Source: Chrysomallon squamiferum
Lineage: Eukaryota > Animalia > Mollusca
NCBI GenBank assembly: GCA_012295275.1
Contig: CM022673.1
Location: forward strand, 28,768,001 to 28,832,000
Direction of reading: 5' to 3'
DNA: 64,000 nt
Made by a program: the position numbers and the translations under genes. Of this stretch, positions 22,453 to 36,235 are shown one piece after another; position 1 is the stretch's first letter; each line of letters opens with the position of its first letter. The notes below the pieces were generated by a model, which made no database searches, was not told the DNA's origin, and was given only the letters and a program-made list of their open reading frames with translations.

Positions 22453-23672
22453 CAATAGGTTTAATTAGCAGAGTCTTTGTTTTCTTTTAATCAGGGTTGT
22501 TGAACAAAGAAACAAACCAAAGCCACTTTCTGAAGAAATGATGAGTTATAAGTGCATTAATTTACTTTTGATGAATTAATTAAGAGAACAGATACTGTCA
22601 CCTTCAGGTAATAGAAGTTGTTACTGTTGACTTAAGAGTGGAGAATATTTCCTTAAACATCACTAGCAACAAAATAGAATTTTTGTTACAGAGAACAAAC
22701 AGTGTTCTTTAGATTAAGAATATTTCTGATGAAGCTATGAACGATCAGAAATTCATATTACATATCCTTCAGTTAACTAAAAACAGTAGTTATTAATTAA
22801 ATAGAATTGAAGTCTTTTTCCTGGGTTGTGAGCAGTTAAAAAACTAATTTTACACAGCCACTTTATGATGAAGCTATCACATAGCAGGAAACTTCAAGTA
22901 TTGTATTATTCTATTTAACAGAAGACTATCAGTATAATGAAACAACAGTTCTTTACTCAGTGTGAATAACCGAGATGTAAGTTCAACCAGATACATTATG
23001 AAGTGAAAACATAAAAACATTGTATTCCACTTATTCAAATGTAAACAGACAAACTGTAATGTTACCTAATATTGATGAGCATTATGTAACTTAGCAAGAC
23101 GTGAACAGAACTGTAATGACAGCAGATATTGCATTCTAGTTGTTATTTGTTACAGAGGCACCTCAAATCATATTAATCATTAGAAAGAAATTATTAATGA
23201 TAATTACTATGTTTCATCAGTGATGAGAATTATTAGCTTTAACAAAATGTAGCTTTAAGTAATGTCAAAAAGAATTTAAATCTCATGTTATAGTTAATAT
23301 TTTGTACAACAATGCTTCGATTTGTTTTAAATTCAGTCAGTAGAATTGTTAATGTTATTCATTGACTGTTAATCAGGATTTAGCAAAATGTATTTAGAGG
23401 TGTATTAAACAGAAAACACTTTACTTTTGTTACAACTATGTATACATTATTTGTTGAAGTTATTTAGTGAAAATACAACAAGAGTATTTATGTTGTCTGT
23501 GTTTGCCTGTTTCTTTCACATACAGCCTCATACTTTCTACTTTGTGGTATCTGTTGGAGGGCATATTACAAACACATAGATGAGATACTCAATCTGCTGT
23601 TTTAAGTTAATAAACAAATGATTAAAAATAACCTTTATTCTTCTCTTCTTTGATTTCCATAACTAGAGAATG

Positions 23673-23751
23673 CTAAACCTTTCTTTTCCTAATGTATTTC
23701 TCTTTGAACAAAAAGATAATTATAATTAGTTACCTTATTGATAAAAATGTA
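23673..23751 (+). repeat. ~80-bp dispersed repeat, copy 2, between the converging 3' ends of the two BTB genes
   Basis: Near-identical to 20038-20117. Confidence 0.85.
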
Positions 23752-24324
23752 CATTTTATACGTAGGTCTATTTTTTGTTTGCAGATAAAAATAGATAGAG
23801 CCGACTCAGCACACAGGATAATGAGTGTGCATGTGCATGCATGTGCATATGACATAATTTAACCCAGATAATATAACAAAACACATTTCTGCTATGAATA
23901 TTTAATTCTTTGTAACATAAAATAGCAGTAACTCTCAAGTAATAATTTGGCACCAGGGAATATAAATATAAAATGTAACGGATTAAATATATATTACAAT
24001 AAGTATTTTAAATCTTTTACACACAAAACTGAACATGAACAAACTCTCTAACACAAATGTAAATTAAATCTGATAAAATAATTTTTGAACTGACAAATCT
24101 TATAATTTATATCATTACACTGTAAATAGGTGAAAACATTTAGTCATGTATAATTTTAATCTGTCAACACTATTGTTCACAAGATTCCTGTTTTTTATTG
24201 TACATGTATGCATATATGCATGTGTGCTTGCATACTGATAACATATAATGATGCAATGTTAATTAAAGGTTCTGCAGTGTGTATGTTTATATATATACAT
24301 ACATACATACATACATACATACTT

Positions 24325-24406
<82 letters not shown>

Positions 24407-24430
24407 TGCAGAAGCTTTAATTAACTGCAT

Positions 24431-24468
<38 letters not shown>

Positions 24469-24748
24469 TAGTTGAACAAAAGTTAGAATAAAACCTTCAA
24501 ATAATGAACTATATTAAAGCTGTAATATAGTATAACCATTTGCCACTTAAAATTATGTTTTTAAAAAAAAATAGTTGTACTGTGTTGAGGAACTTATCTT
24601 TTTATTATCTTTTTTTTAATTTTAATTTCCTTTTTATTTCTTAATATTACTTTTATTAGTATTTCTTTTTCATTATTAGTTTTTTCTCTCTTATTAAGAA
24701 GTTATTATCATCAGATTTTTTAAGCACTAACCACGAATACAAAACCCA

Positions 24749-27700
24749 TTAATAGTGTTGTGAGTAAAATGGCTGCTGGTAGTAAGCTTGTATAATGGCT
24801 GCTTCTGAGCCTGAGCCAATAGAATCTTCTGTAACAAGCGTCTGACCCTGGTGATGGCTGGATGGAAGATTAACAGGTGACAATGACGTCACGGTTTGTG
24901 CCGATGATACGAATGTTGTCTGAGGTGAGATGGACTGAGGAGGTGGACTGATTGGAGAGTGTTGCATGTAGATGTGGCCCTGCGCTGTGGAGCTCAGTGA
25001 AGTGCACAGCTGCTCTTGCTGACCGATGGAGCTGGAGTTCTGATTGGTCGCCTCTCCTATAGTGATTCCTTCTCCGATCTCGCCAGTCAGTGGGACAGAT
25101 CCAGTTACAACGTAAGTTGGAATAGTCTGAGATGAAAGTGAGGAATCGTTTTCTCCCTGAGCCAGTGGTAACAATATGGCGTGCATAGCATGCTCTGCTG
25201 CTGCCAGAACACCTTTGTCAGTCAACGTTATTGTAGTGCTTCCAGACACACTTCCATTCATGTCCTGAGATGTTGTAATGTCGAACGTCTGATCGTCTAG
25301 AATGTCTTGTCCCAGATCTGACTTCAAATCAGAATCCGTCGACATTTTGTTTGTCTCAGACCCTTTACTGATCTGCCTCATGATTGACTTTGCTATCTGC
25401 TGATCGAGCTTGTGTCTGTTTTTCAGGTGAAGTCTCATGTTGCCGCGAGTCGTGCTCCGGTACAGACATTCAGGACACTGGTACGGCTTCTCCCCACTGT
25501 GGGTGCGGGCGTGAACCATTAGCTGTGTGCGGGTCTTGAAGGACTTGGAGCAGTCGGAACACTGGTGTTTGCGCTCGTCAGAATGTCTGTGAAACACGTG
25601 GCTGTTCAGACACGTTCGACTCTTGAAACCCTGGCCGCACACTTGACAGATGAATGGAGTTTCCTCAAAGTGGATTCGTCTGCAAGCAAAATTTACTCTG
25701 TTAATGACAACAGCATTTTATTGCTTAAAGATGGTATATGATTATTTTTAAAAAACAAAACACATTTACATTAATAATAATCTCAGTTTGGGAATTGTAA
25801 GTCTTTACACTCTCAATAAAAATGTTACAAAACTGGTTTATGATGGCTGCAGTGCATGTTTTTCTGTCTTTTGGAAGGTCCACATTAATGATCCACTGCT
25901 ATAATCAGTAATGGAACATTGTGAACAGCTATGAAAGAAGATAATAAATATTCTTCATGCATTTTTTATCTCTGTTCATATTAATATGAAAAAAGAATGT
26001 AAAAAAATAAAAGTATATTTAGTAAGTATTAATATCAAAATGTATTAAGCTCTTGTTAAATATTCATTCAATGAAATACTACTAACCTGTGATCTTTGAG
26101 CTGGAACTTTGTGAACAATTCTTTCCCACATATTTCACAAGAAAAAGGCTTCCATCCTTTCGGCAGAGGAATTCCATGACGGAAGTATTTGTGTATGTGA
26201 ATGTAGTAAAAGTTTGGATCTTTACTCTTGTATCCACAGATGTCGCAAACTTTGGGCGAGTCTTCCACTCTCTCTCGCACCGTGACATGTGACATGACAT
26301 CATTGATGTCGACATTGTGCGTGTTTATCAGGTGAGTGACACTTCTCTTGGGGAACACAAACTCATTACCACAGAGGTCACATTTGAACTGACGCAAGTG
26401 AAACCGAATGTGACTGGCCAGTGCTTCCAGCTTGATGGCCATTTGTCCAATCATGTCGGATTTTGCAAATCTGCAACGTTTCTGCTTTGCTGTCTTTTTC
26501 GGCTTGCTCGTCTTTTCAGCTTCTGCTTCTGGAGTTTCCTCTTGCTCTGGAGGAAAAGTCAGTGGCAGATCATCTATGTTCTCATCCAGGATGTTTAGAC
26601 CCAGACCTAGTTCCTCCTCTTCTTGTCTCAGTCGTTTCAGTTCCATCTTGGCTCTTTTCTTTGGAGGTGGTCTTACAGTCATCTGAACATGTGGAGGAAC
26701 AGGAACTTTTCTTTAAAGGACAAAAAGATATATGTATAATATATCATATGCTGATATACATCTGAGGTATAACAGATGTTACAGGAAATATGTGTAATTC
26801 ATACAGTTTTTGCCCAGTTGGTCCATTTATTGTCCCACATTTTACCAAGATTGTGGGCCAGATTTTTTGGTCCAGACAAATGTGTTAACTGGAAGTAATT
26901 TCAGTTAATAAAGTATTATTTTGGGTGGGGCAGGGGAGTGTTGTTTTTTTTTTTTTTTTTTTTTTTACTGTTATTTTTATTTGTTACCCAGAGCCCAGTT
27001 TAAAATTATGTTTTCTAGTGTTAAGTTATTGAGAGACCATTTAATATGAGTTCTGGATATATTCAGTATTTAGTTGGAATATAATAAGTATTTAATACAT
27101 ATAATTATTCATTGTTCATCTATCTCAGTTTTGAGTTAATAACATTATCAGATATAGTAATATTATCTTACTAACCTTGTCCTGGCTTTCTTCCTTTCTT
27201 TCCTTTCAAATTTGTAAAGTCACTGCCGTCTTCTAAGTCATCACCTGCAACAGCAGCAGCAGCAGCAGCAGCAGCTGCAGCATTCTCTTCATCTATCATC
27301 AGTTTGCCCAGTGGATTTAAGCTTGCTACAACCGAGTTCTCTAAAGCACTGTCTTCATTCACAGACTCCATCAGTTTCTGTTTCAGACTCCTATGCCTCA
27401 GTTTCACTGGGGCTTTTGCAACAGTGGCAGAGACTTTAGCTTCACTTTCTGTCTTTGATTCAGGGTTTGTGGTGACAGTTTCTGCTGCTGCTGCTGTTTC
27501 TCCTGATGGTTCAGACACTGTTGTTGCTTTGCTGGAGTTTGCTCTTTTGCGTTTTCCTGCAGACTGAAGTCCAGTCTTTGCAGATGTTTTTTGCTGAGAT
27601 GGTTTGCTTTTGTTGTTCTCGTCAGAACCACTCTCTTCAAACAGGCGCTTCTTTGCCACCCCTCTCGTGCCATATGTGTGAGTAACAACAACAGGTTTTT

Positions 27701-30700
27701 CTGCAGGTTTCTTTTCATTTGATTCCTCTAATAAATTCCTTGACCTTCCTGGACCTTGACCACGACCTCGACCTCTGCCACGACCTCTTCCTCTTCCAGT
27801 TTTTGTCAAAGACTGTGGAAACTCTTGACTTTTATTAGATTCATTTTCATTTTCTTCTGCATTCGTGTCAGTATCGGTATTTATTCCACAGTCTGTTTTC
27901 TGTTTGACGGAACGGCTCTGATTCTCAAAGTTCAGTTTCAGATCCAGTAATCTGTTGTTGCTCCCAGCAGGGTTTTTCTCCAGCAGCTCCCAGCACAGAT
28001 CGTGAAGTGCATAGATGTGGAACGCGTTTGCCAGAGAATTCATTTCGTTTATGTTTTCTATGGTGACCTTCACGGATCCCAGATAGAGGAACTCAGCAAA
28101 TGCGTGAAGGACTTGTTCTGAAACCTGCATACTTGTGGATAACACAGGAAAGCCGTCATTGTCAACAGAATCCAAAAGCATAGCAAGCTGGTCACTGGCA
28201 GCACACAAAACAACTTTGTGTATCTAAAAAATGAAGAAGAAAAAAGGAAAAAAAGGAAAAAAGGAACATGACTGAATATTATTTAATGGTTTTAGATGTT
28301 AAATTTAAGTTCTTTGTGTTATGATAATTAAAATAATTCACCTGTTTGCTTAATCTTGTTATTGTTATACAATAAAGCACATATTTCATGATAAACAAAC
28401 TTAGAGCAGTGGATGGGGCAAGAAAGAATCTACTAAGTCCAATGAAAAGGACTACCCTTCAACCTATCATAACTCACACATACATTCTAATATTTAACTA
28501 TTAAACACACATATTGTAATATAAACATCATTGAACTATTAATATTATCTTTGCATTCAAATATCCAAATCTAAATAAACTCCTATATGTATCTTTGCTA
28601 ATGAGTGGATTGGATAAAATGTCCACAGTATGTCAAAATGTCAACAAAAAATAAAAAATAAAAATAAAAATGTTATGTTAAATAGAACTAATTTCTATGT
28701 AATGAAAATAAAATAACATTTATAAATTATAACACAAAACAAATCTTTTATTAATTTAAAATTGCATTGATTATAAAATTAAATTTCTAAAAACATTGGA
28801 AATGTTATCATTCTTACCTCAATTCTTAGATCTCCTGCTTTTAAAGCAACATCGCACATTTTCTTGTTTGTCATCATGTGGTAAAGCTTAAGTCTTGTGA
28901 CTTGGTTCCACTCTTTGTCATTGAGCACCACCTCTTGATCGCTCTGTCCCATCACAATGTCAGCACTCTGGTTAACCATGCTGCCAGTGGACAGCATCCC
29001 GCCACTGAAATCTGAATGACCATTCGATGCCTGGCTGGTCCTCAAGCTGTCCTCGTACATCTGGTGACTCATTTTCGACATCTGAACAGAATTGTTATCC
29101 ACAAAGGAAAAGTTGACACTCGTTGCAGATGTTTTGCTTTGCCCAGCGTCCTCTTCCTGGAAGCACAAGTGTCTTGCTTTGACGATGGGTGCTGATGTTT
29201 CAGCATAAACAAAATTGGCATTTGTGTTAGATGTTCGGGATGACGTCGATATTCTAACACTGTCCTCGAAAATCTGCTGGCACTGGCCAAATGAAGCAGC
29301 AGACCTTTCAGAGAACATGTCAATAGTATTTCTCTGTGCTCCTCTGTGCTGAGGCAAGATACCACTTCTGTCAGCTCCTTGGCTGTCAACTTTTTCAGCC
29401 TGAAATATTTCGGCACTGCTTTTGGTATTATATGCGTCCATGTTTGTAAGAGGTCTGCCTTGCCTGTTGCTATGGTTACCAACATACTGAGGACTGACCA
29501 TTCTCGGTTGTCTCTCATCAGCATACTGAGGACTCAGAGCAGGCAGCAAATGTCTTGAAGTATTTGAGGCAGAAAGATTTCTAGAGTCATTCACTCTCTG
29601 AGCTAAGTTCATGCTGTCGATAAGAGACTGATATCTCGCATCTGACATGGTAGATGCACTAGTCACCTCTACAGCTGGTCTGTTGCTGTAATGCATGTCA
29701 AGCACAGTATAGGCAGTGTCTTCAGTGGAACTGGGCTTACAAATAGTCTGAATTCCAGAAATCCCAACTCTCCTTAAATCTTGTATGTCAGACAGGGCTA
29801 GATGTCTTGAGTCAGGAATGTGGTCTGTCATCTTCATTGTTTGCTGATTTCTCGACTCTGCCATGACTCTGCCCACTGGAGGAACTTCTTTTCCTTTGCT
29901 GATGCTGTCCTGAGAGACTTCCTTCATCTGGAACAAGTCCAGTGAATGTTGGTCGCTCATTCCAGCACGCGATTCGTAAACTTCAACAGAATGGTCATTA
30001 AGGCTTCCTCGAGGTTCGTAAGTGTCAGGTAAGTTTAAACTTCTGCTGCCAAACATGTCCAGACCCTGTTGTCTAGCCATGTCTCTCATGTGGTCACCTT
30101 CGTATGAATCATTCTGTGAAAGCCCCGTGTGTATGTATGTCTGGAAGAAGAAAAGAAATAAATGTAATATCGTCTCATAAAACAAACCTAAATTATCATT
30201 ATGTTACCTGATGATTATTATTCAGTTTTCATATTCTTGAAATTTTATTTTTTCATAACAGAAATTGTTCTCAACTATTCAGCTAGATTAATACAGATCA
30301 TTATTATAGAATCTGCTGTTTCAGACCTGAAAAGTTTTGTTATTCACTTACGTAATTTGTCTTCAATATTTCAGTTTATCAGTAGCATGTGTTAAGCTAA
30401 AAACTAAATAAACAAATAACTTAAATTTAATTTAAATAATGATGTAAACAAATCAAAAAAAATCTAGCATTTCAGAAAGTGAAGGAAAAACACAGGATGC
30501 AACTTTTAAGATTTAATGAATTTAAATGTCATCTCGGCAGCAGTTTCTTATGAAATTAGTCTGGCAACTATGTAAATGAAAAAACTACCTGATGTACAAT
30601 GTCTGTCATCTGCTGTGTAGAGTAGTCTCCCTCTGGTTGTGTTGCAGGGAACATAGAATAATCAGCAGCAACATCTTCCTGGGCAGTTGTTGTCGACCAC

Positions 30701-30885
30701 GATTGAACAGGCTGATCCTGGTTCACTCCCAAGGGAAGTGGACTTCTGTCTGAAATCCCACCAGAGGGCATTGCTGCAGCATGGTCTGCATGGTGAAAGT
30801 TATCTCCCATGGGGAGGGAATTCCTGTCAGACAAGCCACTGGCAGACATGCTGGGGGTCTGCTCGGAATGATGGAAGTTTTCCAT
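24749..30885 (-). CDS. BTB/POZ + six C2H2 zinc-finger transcription factor (ZBTB-like) with long N-terminal extension and GRGRGR tract
   Basis: Exons 30885-30589, 30140-28818, 28223-27176, ~26705-26087 (acceptor uncertain), 25679-24749. BTB: LYHMMTNKKMCDVALKAGDLRIE|IHKVVLCAAS..LHAFAEFLYLGSVKVTIENINEMNSLANAFHIYALHDLC. Fingers: CDLC..HLINTH, CDIC..HKYFRH, CEIC..HRRIH, CQVC..HVFHRH, CSDC..HARTH(SGEKPY), CPEC..HLKNRH. Confidence 0.9.
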
Positions 30886-33800
30886 GACGATTTTTATACA
30901 CTGATCACAAAAACCAGGATTTCAACTGAAAACAAAATTAGACAAACTTGGTTATACACACTGGTTATACACACTTAAAATGATTTCAGATTTTAAATAT
31001 GATTACATAACAGTAAAAAGAAAAAGTGAAAAATGTAATATCTAATATACTAATTTGTACGTACATTCTTACAAATATATCATTAATATAAAGAATATTT
31101 TTGTGAATAAATATTACCAGCGGTCAGCATCCAAACTATGACAAGAAATATAAATTTTTCTGAAGGTTCTTATTCAAATCCAATGTACTTCTGTTTCCAC
31201 TGTATAGCTGGTAATGATTTTTGAAGGATAGAATTTAGATTTATTATCTTTTTAACAAGACCACATTGTTCCCACAAAAAGATGATTATTAATAATTAAT
31301 AATCAAATTGACAAGAAGGTCCATCATTTCAGAAAAGAAGGCATGCTGTAATGGTTATGAATATTACTATAAAGAAAGCAAACTAAATTGTAGAAACATT
31401 TAATTAATTTAACATCTGCATTTGTCAACTGATTTACCTAGACAATGCAGGGATTTCTTCAAGAATAGAAAAGTTAACTTCATTGCCATTTGTTATTCAT
31501 TGTTGTTACTGAAATCTTTGTACTGCGTCTGTCATATTTTTTTTTAACAATTAATGAGTCACATGTAAAATATTATAAATTCCAACAACTGAAAAACTTT
31601 TGTCAGAAAATCTGAAAAAGAAAAATGTATGGGCCTATGTTATGTTTATGTAACCATAATCTTTACTTGTCACTATCGTCAGATTAAGATTTTTTTTATG
31701 GTATCAGTTTCTTTTGTCGCTGTTGTTCCTCCTGACTGGTTTGTTATTGTTGTTTCTTTATTACAATCTGCCCTTTTATGCTTTCCTACAGCCTAAAGTC
31801 CAAGTAATTTGTGAACTGACAAAATTGTATATCATTACATTGTAAAGTGTTGAAAATATATACTGATATGTCTCGTTAATCTGTCAAGACTGGTGGAAAT
31901 CATTTGTGCATATCATTCCAGTTCTTTTTTGTGTGTGTGTGTGTGTGCAAGCATGCATGCAAGTGTACTTGTATACTATATAATGATGCAGCGTATGTTA
32001 AAGCTTGTTGAATCTGAACAAAAGATGTCTTCAAATCAAAAACTGTATCTATTAAAGCTGCAATGCATTAGTCACTTAAATATATGATTTAATAAAAATA
32101 TTACACACAGAGAAATGGAAAAAAATGTAGTGCACAGACACACACACACACACACACACACAGATGCACACACATTCATGCGAGCGTATGCCAGTTTAAT
32201 ATTTATTAGCCACAAATGACTAAGGCTAACTAAAAATGGAGAAATATGTATATAATTACATAATACCAGAAAAACTGAAAACTCAGTGGGTCAAATAGAC
32301 AAATGTTTAAATTTTATCGTTAATCAAAATGTTTTTTAAACAGCCATATTAACTATCAAAACTGAACCCACTTCTAAATCAGAAATAATTATACAGCAGA
32401 GTTTGTGAAGAATTAAAAATGAATATGACTTTATTCACAACTGAAGATAGAATTATAAAGAAGATACAAGAAAAATGCCTAAATATTTATAAATAAATAA
32501 AAATAAATTACAATTATATGACATTTGTTAGGCTTGTATTAAACTGAATAAGATATTATTTTTATTATTATTTATTTTTTAAATTAAAAGTAAGACTTTT
32601 AATTAAAAAAATAAATAAAAAAATATAATAATTATTATAAACGAATAATAATAATTAACACCAATATAGTTTTAAAGTTTTTGTTTTTTTATGTGAATAA
32701 TAATAGATTTATAATAATGTTTCAATGAAATTAGGTGAGAAAATCATATAAGATAAAATTAATGATGGTATATTTTTCTATAATTATTAATTCATGTATA
32801 AAATTATCAATTATGTTCATTTATTTTTTAATATTTTGAGCACCCCACCAAAATGTGTTTTTTCTTCTTTTATTTATTTATTTATTTTTAATTATTTTTA
32901 TTATATTATTATTATTACTGTTATTTATTTTTATTTTCATTTTGTTCTATTTTATTTTAATTCATTTTAATAAATTTAAATGGTAAACTTAAAACATTAT
33001 CTTGACTTTATTTTTTTCTTTAATTATCAAAGACTATATTGTTTTTCATAATTTCTGAATATTACTGAAATTTAAAAAAAAAAAATTTAATATATATATT
33101 AATTAATATAACAATAATAAAAAAAATATATATATATAAATAATTGTTAAATTAAATAAATTACATTTCAACTTATTCCATGAAAGATAAATGAATTTTG
33201 AACCTCTGAGGATATTGTTACTGGCATCACGTCTTGAAAGCATTATGAAAACAAAAATAAATTTACCTTTTGTTGTATTGTGACCTAGTTTCTTTGAACA
33301 GACCATATCTACGTTATGCTTTGTATCAAAATAGTTATCGCAGCAAAACAGTACCATTTCACGGTCCAGATATTAGAAAAAAAGATTCTTAGTAATACGT
33401 AAACAACAAAAATGCATATAAAGCATACTTATGAAGGCATTTCTCCTAGATTGTATCGATTAATAGTCAATATTTGTAGCAAAGCACAGATAAATCATGG
33501 CCGATGCGAGTGAGCAACAAGATATGGCGGAAATGAACGAAGAAACAGCTTGGAATACAACATACTCTATCTTAAACACACTAGTAAATTTTAATTATTG
33601 TAATGTTGATTCCTTACCATAACTCTTGCATTAAAAGCGTTGCCATATTTACCACTTTTTTTTTTTTTTTTTTTTTTTTTAAATCGTTCATCTACAGAGA
33701 TGTGTAGCGGACTTTCTGTAATGACCTTGACTGTGCTATTTAAAACGACCTATTGGATTGAACGACATGTTGCATCGTTTTGTTTTTTAATGGATTGCAA

Positions 33801-34023
33801 AATGATCCCATAATTATTGTGCATAGTTAGTGAGGTAGCAGTTGCAACTGAATTTTCTGACTGTCAACATATATTAAGTGATAATTCTGATTAAAATATG
33901 TTATTTCCACAAGACACAGATTCTATTGATTTGTCTTCCATCTAGGCCTGTATGTTATATCAAAATTTATCCATATGATATATTTTTTTCTTCTTTTCTT
34001 TTCTTATGCCCAGTTCCGGCCAG

Positions 34024-34074
<51 letters not shown>

Positions 34075-34543
34075 TACAGTTATTGTACACAATCTGTATC
34101 TTTTTCGTATAATATTTATTTTCCATATATATTTATCCATTCTCCAAAACAAAGTATTTAAAGTTTATATTATAGTAGGTCAGAGGCAAAATTTACCTTT
34201 AGAACAAACAGAAAACATTTTCTTCTTTATTTCTTTATTTTTAATGAACGAATAAATACATCTGGACATCAAGTGCAAGGAAGCATGGTTTTGATGCAGA
34301 AAAAAAACAACAACAAAAAACAAATACATATTTTCTTCTTCTTCCTGTTCTGAATTGCTTGTGTGGAAAGGAGAAATAATAATAATTATTTCCCATTCTA
34401 TGAAGGTCAGTATTTAATGTTTATTAGTTTGCAAATTAATCTAAGGTGAGTACGTGCTAGAAAGTTAAATTAAGATGACTGCCTCCTGTTGGGAGATTTG
34501 TTTGCACTGGAACAACTTTGTGGTCAAATGCTAGAGTTTAGAG

Positions 34544-34796
34544 CAGGGGTCGGCAACCCTTGGCCCGCCAGCTGAACATTTGGAAATCAATTATACTTTG
34601 TTTTTTCTTTAAACCTCAGGTCCAAAGCAGCCTTGCTTTCTAGCATCCATATTTGGTGCTCAATAATGAAGATTGAACTGAGAGAGAGAGAGAGAGAGAT
34701 CAGTGGTTGTGTGTGTGTGTGTTTGATATCTCGGCCCTCCTCCAAAACCCTGCATAGCTGTCTGGCTCCCTCTCTCCAAAAGGTTGCCGACCCCTG
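34544..34796. mobile_element. hAT-superfamily (Charlie-like) MITE, 253 bp
   Basis: Perfect 15-bp TIRs CAGGGGTCGGCAACC / GGTTGCCGACCCCTG. 8-bp TSD gtttagag (34536-34543) / gcttagag (34797-34804). Internal (GA)n and (GT)n. Confidence 0.92.
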
Positions 34797-36171
34797 GCTT
34801 AGAGAGACACTGGCCCGTGACATGACAAGATATTAGTTGTTAGCGAAGATGGCGACACCAGGTTGTCTGGGAGTTTTATTTTGGTTTGTTCTGATTTTGA
34901 AATTATCAGTGGTTATCTATCATTAAAGCCTTTGATTTGAAACCTCATCTTAATTGTTTGTTCCTAGGATGTGATGATTGTTTTATTCATTATTTGTCAC
35001 AGCAGATACCCTCCGATACAGCCTTTCCTCCCCCCATTAAACTTGTATACATATTCTGTTTTGTTTTGTTTTATTATTATATATTTAATTACTGTTACAA
35101 AATGGCTTTCTTTAATTTCTGTCATATAACACAAATAAAATAATGCTATTACAATTTTTGTAAAAACCTTCCGGCCTTCTTAATCTTTATAAAATGAACT
35201 TTCACATTTCTGTATAGAACATTCTTAATTTTCAGAGTTAAACATGAAACTTTTTCTATAATTCTCAAGTAGCGCTGCGTCTTGTTCGGTACAAAAGATG
35301 ATGACTACGACGACGACGATGATAAACTGATGAATAAAATAAAGCAGCAGTAATGCACTGCATCAGTACGTCATCATCATTCGATGACCTAAAGGAACTA
35401 CAGTGCTTACACTTCGGCTGCCCGAGTGAGGTGCTCTAACTAAGCCGGATTACAAAAACAGCATGACGGATTAAATCGAATCTAGTCGGAGATTGCCGAG
35501 TTGTTGAAACGATTACACTCGAGGTTGACCACGACTAAAATTTCTAATCAGTTGAAACAGATCTGATACAGGTGCTCATGTGCGAAAATGCAAAACGTTC
35601 ATATTTATATTAATAAAATTCGACAATAATTTTTAATTGATATTATTTAATTTATTTTAATTTAATTTAATTTAATTTAATTTAATTATATTTTAGTTTA
35701 GTTTAGTTTAGTTTAGTGTATTACTATTTTGTTTCTTTGCTTTTTTAATGCTTCAATTTATATTTTAATTTATATTATTTTTGTGTTTTTGTTACATAAA
35801 TTATTTCTGGGCACCAGTTTTGCAAAGAACAAAGTACAACAATAAAATAACAAACTAGGTTAGGATGCAAGAAAGAAATATTTTGACGTCATTTTGCACC
35901 AACATGAGGATTAAAAAAAAAAAATGTGTGTATGTGTTTGTGTGTGTATGTGTTTATTTATTCATTTATTCCTATTTACAAAGTTACTACTTGATTGTCA
36001 AATTTTCTTATTAGAACAAACTGGTCGCCAATAATAATACAGTTAGAAGTTTACGAAATAAATTTAGTAAATTTGTTCATAGAATATTGCAGTTTATTAA
36101 AATGTCATTAAATCAAATCTATCTGTTAACATTAGACCGTTGAAGATTATTTTGCGAAACACCTCTCTTTC

Positions 36172-36235
<64 letters not shown>

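Noticed and set aside
26683-26712. Possible frameshift at ZBTB exon 4, since the obvious acceptors at 26682 and 26710 are out of phase with the donor at 27176
   Set aside because: An AAG acceptor giving an exon start at 26705 restores the frame (GQ-V-PVPPHVQM), so no lesion is needed. RNA data would settle it.
28400-28505. Possible decayed tRNA-derived SINE fragment (similar hint near 36925-36995)
   Set aside because: The resemblance is vague; no clear A/B boxes or TSDs.
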